Shown here: piece after piece, positions 1-8,060 of the stretch
Position numbering within the stretch: the first letter of the stretch is position 1
How the letters are laid out: every line of letters begins with the position of its first letter
Assembly (NCBI GenBank): GCA_040881505.1
Contig: JBBEDC010000012.1
Location: 1 to 40,361 of the forward strand
Length of the DNA: 40,361 nt
Source of the DNA: Candidatus Anderseniibacteriota bacterium
GTDB lineage: Bacteria > Patescibacteriota > Andersenbacteria > UBA10190
Reading direction: 5' to 3'
Translations under genes and position numbers: made by a program
The notes under the pieces: generated by a model
What the model was told of the DNA's origin: nothing
The model's database searches: none
Seen by the model: the letters and a program-made list of their open reading frames with translations, nothing else

Positions 1-23
1 GCCCTTTTGATAAGGATACCGCC

Positions 24-395
24 ATGGTGTGGTTCACCGCTGTTGTCTTGGTTATCGCCCTCTTGATTTGCTTCCGGTTGAAGCAAACCTTGGATCGGAG
101 GCGCCACGCAGCCATCAAGGCCTCCTTGTCGTCGCTGGCTGCCGACATGGCCTACGCCTTCGGCACCTTTCGCCACGGAGATCGGGAGATCCAACTTCAA
201 GAGTTGGCTGACCGTCTCGGGCAGCTTTCAAGTGATGAGGCCGCCCATTTGCGGACCCTCGCGCTGGAAGCGATCCGGACTGGAAATCTTCCGCCACCCA
301 TTGTGCGGGAGACAAACAAACGTGAGTTTGCGTTCGTCTCACACTGTATCGGGACAGTGTGTGGGCAGACACAAGCGGCGCTTCAGCGTCCCTAG
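24..395 (+). CDS. hypothetical membrane-anchored protein (N-terminal TM helix, helical C-terminal part)
   Basis: 123-aa ORF. AAGGA at 12-16 lies 7 nt before the ATG. N-terminus VWFTAVVLVIALLICF is hydrophobic. Mostly G/C-ending codons. Followed by an intrinsic terminator at 420-450. No family recognised. Confidence 0.45.
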   Translation: MVWFTAVVLVIALLICFRLKQTLDRRRHAAIKASLSSLAADMAYAFGTFRHGDREIQLQELADRLGQLSSDEAAHLRTLALEAIRTGNLPPPIVRETNKREFAFVSHCIGTVCGQTQAALQRP

Positions 396-419
396 TAGCT
401 GTCCCGTCCGATCAACCAA

Positions 420-450
420 CCGCAGGGCCTTGCCCAGCGGTTTTCTTTTT
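420..450 (+). terminator. rho-independent terminator
   Basis: CCGCAGGGC-CTT-GCCCAGCGG hairpin (9 bp, one mismatch) followed by TTTTCTTTTT. Lies between convergent ORFs 24-395 and 458-796. Confidence 0.6.
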
Positions 451-457
451 GAATTGT

Positions 458-796
458 TTACCTTTCTAACGCCGTCATCCGACGACCAAGCTCGTACGTT
501 TTGTTCTCGACGTAGTCCAGCCGTTCGGGCATATCTTCTTGATGGCGAACTCGTCTGTCGAGTGCCGTCATTGCGGAGGTATTTGCATCAACCTTCTGGG
601 AAATTTCTTTATTAAACTGCCTTTGTTTCTTCCAGTTTTCCTTTTGCTCTGATCTAAATTCTTTCAGCTCTGTTGTAAACTCCTCCTTAAGTGTCTTAAT
701 CTCTTGCAGTAAATAACTCCCAACTTCTTTAATTGTGTCGGTAATTTCCACGAGTTGGCGCTGGGTAGCTGGCTTATCAAGATCCTTTTTTGGCAT
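458..796 (-). CDS. hypothetical coiled-coil protein
   Basis: 112-aa ORF rich in K/E/Q heptad-like sequence (KTLKEEFTTELKEFRSEQKENWKKQ). AT-rich. Downstream of and co-oriented with the CDPS gene. No family recognised. Confidence 0.45.
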   Translation of the reverse strand: MPKKDLDKPATQRQLVEITDTIKEVGSYLLQEIKTLKEEFTTELKEFRSEQKENWKKQRQFNKEISQKVDANTSAMTALDRRVRHQEDMPERLDYVENKTYELGRRMTALER

Positions 797-923
797 GCGT
801 GTATCGTACCATCATGAGATCACGAGAGAAATAGTGTTTCGCAGCATGGACCGCGTTCAAACCTGGTTTAAAAAAGAATTCTGGCAATTTTCACCTACTA
901 AATTTTGCAAATCAAGTAGTTGG

Positions 924-1556
924 CTAGGCTTTCGTTACAATCTGGAAACCAAGTTTATTTCTTGGTTTTCCATCATAGGCACCGTTAATGTACTTCTCAT
1001 ACACCATCCAATGCGCGTGATACACATAGGTAACTTTGGCTGCACTGAAAAAAGTTGGAGCAAATTCAAGAAACGCTAATTCTGACAACAGGTAGTGATT
1101 AGCAATTTGAGTGGCGACTTGAATATCTAAATCCTCCTTCTTTAAACCTTTCAAAACAAATGCGGTTGTGTCATCAGTATCTTTACGAAAACTTCCATTT
1201 TCGTCGTACATTTTTCTTACAATTCCATAATGCCGCCGATACTCTAAGTTTTCTTCAATCTCATTCTTCCAATCGACTACATGAACATCTTTTTTATCGA
1301 GATTCAGTTTCTCAATCGCTCTTGCAACTTTATTTTTTAAGTTATTGCTTTTTAAAACTGCCTTTGCCCGTGCTTCCTTTTCTGAGTAGCCAACAGCTGT
1401 GTATGTCGAGATCGCGGGAATATCGGCAATAAAAACAGAAACAGTGCCGTATTGTTTCGCAACCTTTTGCAATAACCACTCAATAATCTCCTCGCTAAAA
1501 TAGCTGTTGCCTGGACTCATTCCAACCACTGGTACGTTTTGTACTACTTTTGACAT
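924..1556 (-). CDS. tRNA-dependent cyclodipeptide synthase (CDPS), NYH-type motifs
   Basis: 210-aa ORF. VGMSPGNSYFS matches the CDPS catalytic-Ser motif (AlbC GISAGNSYFS, YvmC GISPFNSRFS). HYLLSELAFL matches the Y-x3-E motif (YvmC YVIAELPFF). VYHAHW matches the YH motif (YvmC AYHRPW). Comparison is from memory of family sequences; no search was run. Confidence 0.8.
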   Translation of the reverse strand: MSKVVQNVPVVGMSPGNSYFSEEIIEWLLQKVAKQYGTVSVFIADIPAISTYTAVGYSEKEARAKAVLKSNNLKNKVARAIEKLNLDKKDVHVVDWKNEIEENLEYRRHYGIVRKMYDENGSFRKDTDDTTAFVLKGLKKEDLDIQVATQIANHYLLSELAFLEFAPTFFSAAKVTYVYHAHWMVYEKYINGAYDGKPRNKLGFQIVTKA

Positions 1557-1626
1557 AGAGAATAAACCATATTCTATTTTCTAGAATATCTCAAAAACAT
1601 CTTATCTTTTAATCGCCTTAAGCCAG

Positions 1627-1697
1627 TTCCCGGGGAAGGATTCGAACCTTCGTTAGGGGATCCAAAGTCCCCCGTCCTGCCGCTAGACGACCCGGGA
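1627..1697 (-). tRNA. tRNA-Gln (anticodon UUG)
   Basis: The reverse complement folds as a 71-nt cloverleaf. Acceptor TCCCGGG/CCCGGGA, D stem GTCT/GGAC, anticodon stem GGGGA/TCCCC with loop CTTTGGA (TTG), T arm GAAGG-TTCGAAT-CCTTC, discriminator A. CCA is not encoded. Confidence 0.9.
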
Positions 1698-1815
1698 ATA
1701 TGGGTCACAATACCGATATTTTACCGTTGTAGCAAGCTTGTGGAAAAACAAGCATAGAACAGTCGTACAGTATCTGTTCTGGTGGTAAAATATATAAGTA
1801 TTAAACTTCCTTTGT

Positions 1816-2541
1816 ATGCCCGCTAAGCTCGAAGAGCGCAAACGCGCTATAGTATTACGTAAACAAGGATTTTCCTATAAGGAAATCCAACACAGCGTTC
1901 CTGTTTCAAAAGCTTCTTTGTCGCTTTGGCTTAGAGAAGTTTCCCTTACACAAAAGCAAAAACAGCGACTAGCTCGCTTATCTCTCGTGGGTCAAGAAGC
2001 TGGCGCAAGAGCTCAACGCGTCAAAAGATTGGAAGGAATAAGTCAATTGGCAGAAGAAATTAGAAAAGAGTTACCTAGGCTACTTCAGGATCCCTTTTTC
2101 GTAACAGGTCTTTCGCTATATTGGGCAGAGGGAACTAAGCAAAAACCGTGGAATGTATCTCAGCAGGTCACATTCGCAAACTCTGACGAAAGGACCATTG
2201 TTCTTATGCAAAAGTGGTTGTGTCGATACCTTAGGCTAGATGAGAAGCAACTAGTGTATCGTCTCCATATTCATGAAACGGCTAATATTGAAAGCGCGAA
2301 ACGAAAATGGAGCAAAATACTTAACGTTAGACCTGCCATTCTTCAGGTTACTGTTAAAAGAAATAATTCCTTGTTTCGAAAAAACACACATCGCAACAGC
2401 CTCAGCGGATACAAGGGACTAATTGTGATCAAGGTAAGAAAGAGCGCATGGTTTAACAGACGAATTGACCTATGGACTGATGGCATGTCTGAACACTTTC
2501 TGAAAGCAACCTCTTACACCTTAACCCCAAATACTTCTTGA
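1816..2541 (+). CDS. HTH-domain protein with LAGLIDADG-like homing-endonuclease-like core (tentative)
   Basis: 241-aa ORF. The N-terminus RKRAIVLRKQGFSYKEIQHSVPVSKASLSLWLREV looks like a helix-turn-helix. GLSLYWAEGTK plus VTFANSDERTIVLMQKWL resemble LAGLIDADG-type motifs. The 3-prime end overlaps the dnaX stop by 28 bp (convergent). Confidence 0.45.
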   Translation: MPAKLEERKRAIVLRKQGFSYKEIQHSVPVSKASLSLWLREVSLTQKQKQRLARLSLVGQEAGARAQRVKRLEGISQLAEEIRKELPRLLQDPFFVTGLSLYWAEGTKQKPWNVSQQVTFANSDERTIVLMQKWLCRYLRLDEKQLVYRLHIHETANIESAKRKWSKILNVRPAILQVTVKRNNSLFRKNTHRNSLSGYKGLIVIKVRKSAWFNRRIDLWTDGMSEHFLKATSYTLTPNTS

Positions 2542-4058
2542 ACGTCTTTTAGATGCTTTTCCTCTTGTTCACGCTTCTCTGCTCGAAGCTCAGATAAAGA
2601 CTTTCCATTTGATTCCAGTACAACAGTAACAGTGACAGACTGCCCTAACAGCTCGCTCAATATCTTTTCAACCAGTTGCCTGTTCTCCCCCTTCTCAAAG
2701 AAGTTTCGATGAAGCGGAAACTGCACTCGTAGACTGATCTGATTTCCATCTATCCCTGTTGCCTCCGTTGCTCGCAAGAAGGTAGAGCTAACGGGATTAC
2801 TTTTTTTGATATTGTCTATGAGGGACGGCCAAGCTTCTTTGATCTGATCAACTGTGACGACGCCTGTGGTGGGCACTGGAGTCGGAGTTTGGGGGGCGAC
2901 TGGAGCTTGTTTTGGTTGAGCTGGCGGCTGGACAGGAACGGCCTTAGGCGCCTGGGCTACGGGAGCCTGTACTTTCGGTGCTGCAACTGCTTGAGGTTGT
3001 GGTGCAGCCGTTGTAGGCGTACACACCGTTAACGCTGCTAGTTGTAAGGCGATGATTGGCTGCGGTACGTACGTAATGTCTTGGGTGGCTTGAATTAAGG
3101 CGCGGATAATGGCGGGCAGCTTTGCGCCAGCACCAGGCTCGGCCGCAAAGGCCAGCGGATATGTTTCATTTTTCGTCAGTGCCACTAAGCCGTCACGCGC
3201 GGTACGAACTGTTTCCTGGATAAACTGTTCGGGATCTACTCCTTCTTGAAATAGCGTATCAACAACTGCCACTGCCTCGGGGCCGTTGTTTTTTATAAGG
3301 GCGGCGAGGAAGTCGTTAATGTATTGAGGAGATGGCATGCCCAGGAGCGTGCTTAAACTATCAAGCGATACCGTTTTTTCGTCACTGGAAAGTATTTGGC
3401 CCAGTAAGCTTTCAGCGTCGCGATAACAACCATCACTGCGGGAGATGATGAAAGAAATAACATCATCGGCTACATCTCGCTTTTCTTGCTTCAAAATCCT
3501 GCCTAAGCGGGTACGCATTTCAGTATCACTAGCTCGTCGAAACCGAAAGACCTGACAGCGAGATAAAACTGTCGGCGGAATCTTGTGAAGTTCCGTGGTG
3601 GCGAGGATAAAGATTGCGTGCTTAACAGGCTCCTCTAGTGTCTTTAACAGTGCCGCAAACGCTTCGTTTGTTAACATGTGCACTTCATCGATGATGTACA
3701 CCTTGTATGTTCCGATATTGGGAGCTAAAGCAATTTGTTCGCGCAACGCTCGAATATCATCAATACCGCGGTTGCTGGCTGCATCGATTTCAATAATATC
3801 GACATTGCGGTGCTCCTGAGTGGCTACGCACAGCTTACATTTCCCGCATGGCTCCACTCCCTTGGGTTTGGTGCAGTTTAGGCGCTTAGCTAAAAGCCGT
3901 GCAGTCGTTGTCTTTCCGGTGCCGCGCGGGCCTTGGAATAGATAGGCGTGAGCTACACGATCTTTAAGAATCGCCTGTTCAAGGATGTTGGTTACATGAT
4001 CCTGGCCTACAACCTCGCCGAAGGTTTGAGGTCGGTATTGTCGGTAAATAGCAGGCAT
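2514..4058 (-). CDS. dnaX: DNA polymerase III subunit gamma/tau
   Basis: 514 aa. YRPQTFGEVVGQDHV, Walker A GPRGTGKTT, Zn module CTKPKGVEPCGKCKLC, DEVHML, SRCQ sensor, then a Pro/Ala/Gln-rich linker and a C-terminal domain. Confidence 0.95.
   Translation of the reverse strand: MPAIYRQYRPQTFGEVVGQDHVTNILEQAILKDRVAHAYLFQGPRGTGKTTTARLLAKRLNCTKPKGVEPCGKCKLCVATQEHRNVDIIEIDAASNRGIDDIRALREQIALAPNIGTYKVYIIDEVHMLTNEAFAALLKTLEEPVKHAIFILATTELHKIPPTVLSRCQVFRFRRASDTEMRTRLGRILKQEKRDVADDVISFIISRSDGCYRDAESLLGQILSSDEKTVSLDSLSTLLGMPSPQYINDFLAALIKNNGPEAVAVVDTLFQEGVDPEQFIQETVRTARDGLVALTKNETYPLAFAAEPGAGAKLPAIIRALIQATQDITYVPQPIIALQLAALTVCTPTTAAPQPQAVAAPKVQAPVAQAPKAVPVQPPAQPKQAPVAPQTPTPVPTTGVVTVDQIKEAWPSLIDNIKKSNPVSSTFLRATEATGIDGNQISLRVQFPLHRNFFEKGENRQLVEKILSELLGQSVTVTVVLESNGKSLSELRAEKREQEEKHLKDVQEVFGVKV
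2765..2807 (-). promoter_or_regulatory. candidate programmed -1 frameshift / slippage site in dnaX (A7 run + hairpin)
   Basis: Minus strand reads ATC AAA AAA AGT AAT in frame (IKKSN). The -1 frame after the A7 run (2807-2801) reads AAG TAA. A 9-bp bulged hairpin CCGTTAGCTC...GAGCAACGG (2794-2765) starts 6 nt after the run. Confidence 0.3.
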
Positions 4059-4142
4059 AGCTCCTTAAGTATTACGGTAGCTAGCGCTTTGGGGCAAGTA
4101 CGTTATAGAAAATATTAGTATGCTTAGTAACATTTCATTGTG

Positions 4143-4493
4143 TTAAAACTTACTTAAGAAAATCGGTATATTTAGGAAGAGCGATATCCACAAGTAAAAG
4201 AGAGCAGCTGTTCGTACGAACTGTTTAGACACTCTCTTTTGGAAAAATACATGACCATAATAGCTAAGAAAGGAATAGTCATATTTAAGGCGTGGATCTT
4301 CTTGTTTTCTTAACATGAATTCCCATTTTGTTAAGAAGCAGTGTCCCAAGACTGTTTCAGACACAAGAGTTGCTATGAGCGTCAAGAGGTAGAGAAAGTA
4401 AAGCGGAGTAGTAGAGCTCCAGCCCGTAAGCAGTATTGCAACAATGAGAACGTGAACCAGTACTACCACGTTAGCTAGCAGTGTGGATAGCAT
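4143..4493 (-). CDS. DUF2784-like small membrane protein
   Basis: 116 aa with about 4 hydrophobic segments. GHCFLTKWEFMLRK resembles the CPLT..E..LR motif of DUF2784. AT-rich. Confidence 0.55.
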   Translation of the reverse strand: MLSTLLANVVVLVHVLIVAILLTGWSSTTPLYFLYLLTLIATLVSETVLGHCFLTKWEFMLRKQEDPRLKYDYSFLSYYGHVFFQKRVSKQFVRTAALFYLWISLFLNIPIFLSKF

Positions 4494-4513
4494 ACTCGTA
4501 TCCTATGCTATTG

Positions 4514-5008
4514 TTATTTCTTCTTGCCGAAGATAAGGAATTTCGAACCAAAGAAGTTCAGGAATAGGATAATACCAATGGCCAAGGCTTTGGCGATATT
4601 GTCCTTTTGACTGCCAAAGATAAGGGCGATAAGAGGAACGTGGAAGGTGAAGAAGGACGTTACGATCTGATTGAGAATGAACGTAAATCCATTAAGGGCA
4701 AAGTACCCTGCTCCCTGGGTCGCCGCATTGCCACCCGTTGCGTGAAATGTCCAGTAGCGGTTTAGGATAAAGTTGCTGGTAATAGCCAAAAAGACGCTCA
4801 CAAGATTAGCCGCGATTATTTGATATCCAAAAATCTCATAGGTGTCTGTCCAGCCAATTCCGCGAGTGAGGATGTTATAGCTGCCAAAATCAACTACGGC
4901 TCCGATAACGCCGACAACGGCAAACTTCATAAACTGCCGGGCGGTGTTTTGCAGCCGCAGGGGCAGAATATTAATGAATCGTAGTGCTAATTCTTGGACC
5001 ATGGACAT
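4514..5008 (-). CDS. GtrA-family membrane protein
   Basis: 164 aa. FMKFAVVGVIGAVVDFGSYNIL and NRYWTF are typical GtrA-like motifs, with 4 TM segments. The start overlaps the upstream stop (TAATG). Confidence 0.85.
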   Translation of the reverse strand: MSMVQELALRFINILPLRLQNTARQFMKFAVVGVIGAVVDFGSYNILTRGIGWTDTYEIFGYQIIAANLVSVFLAITSNFILNRYWTFHATGGNAATQGAGYFALNGFTFILNQIVTSFFTFHVPLIALIFGSQKDNIAKALAIGIILFLNFFGSKFLIFGKKK

Positions 5009-5529
5009 TAACTTTTATGAATAACATGTTCGACGGCTCCCCATTCCGCCTCGCCGTGCTTAGGAAGAAGAATGGTAACTTCATCCCCTTCGTTAGCTCG
5101 GTAGAATGTAACGCTCGCCAATAACACCTTGTAGGTCTTTTCGGGAGTTTTGACGGCGAAATTGCCCTGGTCATCTACCACAAGCGTACCCACGGATCGA
5201 TCTCGGTCGATTGGACTGATTTGTTTGTACGTAAAGGATCCGTCCGTACCAATGGTCAGCTTGAGCACGTCTCCTTCTACCAGTTTCGATTTAGAGGCGT
5301 AGTTCGGTGGAACCGGGTATTCTTCACCATCGTTGCCTTGCATATTTTGCCCATCAAAGACGCCCTCAATGATGCGTTCCTGATCAGAGGCAATAGATGG
5401 TGTATCTGCACCTGCACTGGATATACCCGCCTCCCCTTCTTCAAGGGCCTGGCGGACATACTGGATATTTCGTTCTGCATCATCAAGCCGTTGCTTAATG
5501 AGAGCGAGAGTGCGGGAATCAATAGCCAT
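5008..5529 (-). CDS. hypothetical protein (N-terminal coiled coil, beta-rich C-terminal part)
   Basis: 173-aa ORF translationally coupled to the GtrA gene. No family recognised. Confidence 0.55.
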   Translation of the reverse strand: MAIDSRTLALIKQRLDDAERNIQYVRQALEEGEAGISSAGADTPSIASDQERIIEGVFDGQNMQGNDGEEYPVPPNYASKSKLVEGDVLKLTIGTDGSFTYKQISPIDRDRSVGTLVVDDQGNFAVKTPEKTYKVLLASVTFYRANEGDEVTILLPKHGEAEWGAVEHVIHKS

Positions 5530-5638
5530 AGGGCAAAATCATGTTGGTGTTTGAGGGCAAATCGTTGGCTTTATAGTACATGAATATACCAAAAGCAACC
5601 ACTTTTTCTTAAAGGCACTCTTGCGCTACACTGTGGAG

Positions 5639-7231
5639 ATGAAGCGTGGTCAAGCTCTAGCTCTATTACTCCTGTTATTGCTTTTTGCTGGAGCTATTCG
5701 CAGTTATGAGCTTACTGCCCGCAGCTTGTGGTTTGACGAAGCGTTCTCCTGGCGCCTGATTCAGTTCTCTCTGCCGGAAATGATTGCCCGAGACGCAGCC
5801 GATGTTCACCCGCCCCTGTATTACATATTCCTCAAAGGATGGGGGGCAGTCTTCGGCACATCCTTACTATCGCTTCGATCATTTTCTGTCACATTGGGTC
5901 TAGCGGCTATTGCCATGGCCTACGGCTTTGCTGCATCAGCCTGGCGATCGAGAGCGGTTGGCATACTTGCCGCTACACTCATGGCGCTGGCCGGCTGGCA
6001 GATTCAGTACGCCTGGGAAGCTCGCATGTACACGCTGGGGATTTTCTTTACGCTCTTATCTTCCTGGCTGCTACTGCAGCTCGTACGGACCACGCTGCAG
6101 CGCCAGGCAGCTAGCTGGCTTTTGGCTGTCTTGTACGGCATCACTGCCGCAGCTTTAGCGTACGTCCATTACTTTGCGTTCTTTACGCTGGCCGCCCACG
6201 CTTTATTTGTATTAATGATATTAGTGCGTCGAACGCGTTGGCGTTTGGGCGAGATGCTCGGCTCCCAGTTATTATGGATAGCTGCCGCCTCAGGAATACT
6301 AGCGGTTGTGCTGTATGCTCCTTGGATTCCGGTATTCCTCGCTCAAAACCAGCAAGTGCAGGATAGCTACTGGGTGCCTCCCATTGGCGGCTGGTCTATC
6401 CCCGACACTTTTTACCGTATGCTTATCCCCACTTCCGGCATTCCACCACATACCGGCCCCGAGCTTGTCTTCTCCGCCCTCCCTATTCTCGCAGTGCTCG
6501 CTTTGTGGATTTGGCTACTGGTGGGCTGCAAGAAAAGATCAGAAAGCCCACTAGCTCTTAAAGGAAAGGCGCAGGCCAGTGTTGTTCATGAGGACACCTG
6601 TGAGGCGGCTTGGCTGGTTATGTTAAGTGCCAGTGTTCCGTTTTTTCTGGCCATTGGCATATCCTTTATCGGCCAATCGCTCTATCAGGATCGCTTTTTG
6701 GTCTTTACCCATGCTTTTATCCTCATAGGATTGGCGGCGTTTCTGGTTCGTATCCGCCCTATATGGCTGCGACGCACAGCCATTACCGTTGTCATCCTGC
6801 TCTTCGCTGTTCTCTCCGTTCGGTTCTGGAATGAGATAGAGGTGCGCAATAAACCCGGTGCCGCTGGCGCAACTGCTCATATATTTGAGCAGCGCACAGA
6901 TGACGAGCCGGTATTTGTCAGCTCTGCGTTCGTATATTTTGCCGTCGAGCACTATGCCCATGAGGACTTTGATGGAGCAACTGATCCAACTCTATTGGCC
7001 GAAGGAGCAGCGCTGCATTTTGCCGGGGGCCCTATTCTTACGGACGCCGATGTTATCAGTCCAGCTGTACTGGATACTCTGCCTCAAGATAGTTTCTGGC
7101 TGGTAGATACTACGGGCTTTGGCGGATCTGAGCTTGAAGTGGTCGGCTGGCGGTCAGTGGAGCGGACTGTATATCCCGAAGTATTTGCTCATCAAGCTGA
7201 CGTTATTGTTCATCGCTACGTTCGGCAGTAG
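5639..7231 (+). CDS. GT-C fold membrane glycosyltransferase (family 39 / ArnT-PMT-like)
   Basis: About 530 aa and polytopic. SLWFDEAFSW near the first loop is typical of GT39/PMT_2 proteins. The ORF track starts at a TTG at 5621; the ATG at 5639 (MKRGQALALLLL) is more likely. Confidence 0.8.
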   Translation: MKRGQALALLLLLLLFAGAIRSYELTARSLWFDEAFSWRLIQFSLPEMIARDAADVHPPLYYIFLKGWGAVFGTSLLSLRSFSVTLGLAAIAMAYGFAASAWRSRAVGILAATLMALAGWQIQYAWEARMYTLGIFFTLLSSWLLLQLVRTTLQRQAASWLLAVLYGITAAALAYVHYFAFFTLAAHALFVLMILVRRTRWRLGEMLGSQLLWIAAASGILAVVLYAPWIPVFLAQNQQVQDSYWVPPIGGWSIPDTFYRMLIPTSGIPPHTGPELVFSALPILAVLALWIWLLVGCKKRSESPLALKGKAQASVVHEDTCEAAWLVMLSASVPFFLAIGISFIGQSLYQDRFLVFTHAFILIGLAAFLVRIRPIWLRRTAITVVILLFAVLSVRFWNEIEVRNKPGAAGATAHIFEQRTDDEPVFVSSAFVYFAVEHYAHEDFDGATDPTLLAEGAALHFAGGPILTDADVISPAVLDTLPQDSFWLVDTTGFGGSELEVVGWRSVERTVYPEVFAHQADVIVHRYVRQ

Positions 7232-8048
7232 GCGCAGCAACCGCTCCGGTGTGCAACTTGTAGTAGACACGGTTACTGATCCGTAAATCAACATAATCAA
7301 TACGCTGCCGGTCTTCTTCAGACAGTGTATGGTCCAGCAACCGATCAAGTACCGTTAGCTGTGTTGTTAGGGGCCGAGTCGTATCAAATCGAATCAACCA
7401 GTTGTTATCAAGCAGTACGTGTACTTCCCGGGCGGACAAAGATGGAACACGCATCTCGACAATCTCAGCTTCAGTGATCTTGGGGACTTCTTCTTGAGCT
7501 TGGAGAATAAAGGAGACGAAAGATTCTTCTACGGCTGGTTGTCCAGTCTGAAGGCTAGCACCAGAATCGTTATTTTTAATTACGGGGAGAATGATACCGG
7601 GTAAGGTTTCCAGGCGCGCTTCCTCGTAGGCCAGGCCGCCGTCGTCAACAAAGAAGTATGTTGCGTTTGAAAGCATTAAAAATGTCGGCTCTTTTTCCTG
7701 CACCACAACTCGGATCGTGTCAGGTAGTTTGTGCGTTATATACACATCCTGCACTTGCGGCAGCGTGGACAGAATTCTTTGTTCCAAGACAGGCGTTTGG
7801 AGGAATAGGATATTTCGTCCTAAGAGCTGCTCTGTGAGCGCTTCGATCGCGACAACGGTATGATCTCTCGCATCAACCACCGTTACAGCTCGTACGTGGA
7901 ATGTGGAGGTGAATAAGACAAGCCAGGCTAAAATTCCCACTGGAACAACTACCAAGCTTACCAGAAGCGCGATCGAACCCCATTCGATCAAGCGCTGACG
8001 GATTGCTGGCCAGGAAAATCGGCCGAATATGCGGGAACGTAACTGCAC
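7203..8048 (-). CDS. ftsQ: cell division protein FtsQ/DivIB (POTRA domain)
   Basis: 281 aa. N-terminal TM followed by a POTRA-like segment FHVRAVTVVDARDHT...ILFLQTPVLEQRILSTLPQVQDVYITHKLPDTIRVVVQEKEP. GTG start. The 3-prime end overlaps the GT39 end by 29 bp. Confidence 0.8.
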   Translation of the reverse strand: MQLRSRIFGRFSWPAIRQRLIEWGSIALLVSLVVVPVGILAWLVLFTSTFHVRAVTVVDARDHTVVAIEALTEQLLGRNILFLQTPVLEQRILSTLPQVQDVYITHKLPDTIRVVVQEKEPTFLMLSNATYFFVDDGGLAYEEARLETLPGIILPVIKNNDSGASLQTGQPAVEESFVSFILQAQEEVPKITEAEIVEMRVPSLSAREVHVLLDNNWLIRFDTTRPLTTQLTVLDRLLDHTLSEEDRQRIDYVDLRISNRVYYKLHTGAVAAPTAERSDEQ

Positions 8049-8060
8049 TCCCCTATCTTA

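Noticed and set aside
2870-3020. Repetitive-looking CAG/GCN-rich DNA in dnaX
   Set aside because: It encodes the Pro/Ala/Gln-rich low-complexity linker (APQPQAVAAPKVQAPVAQAPKAVPVQPPAQPKQAPVAPQTPTP). It is not a DNA repeat element or a CRISPR-like array.
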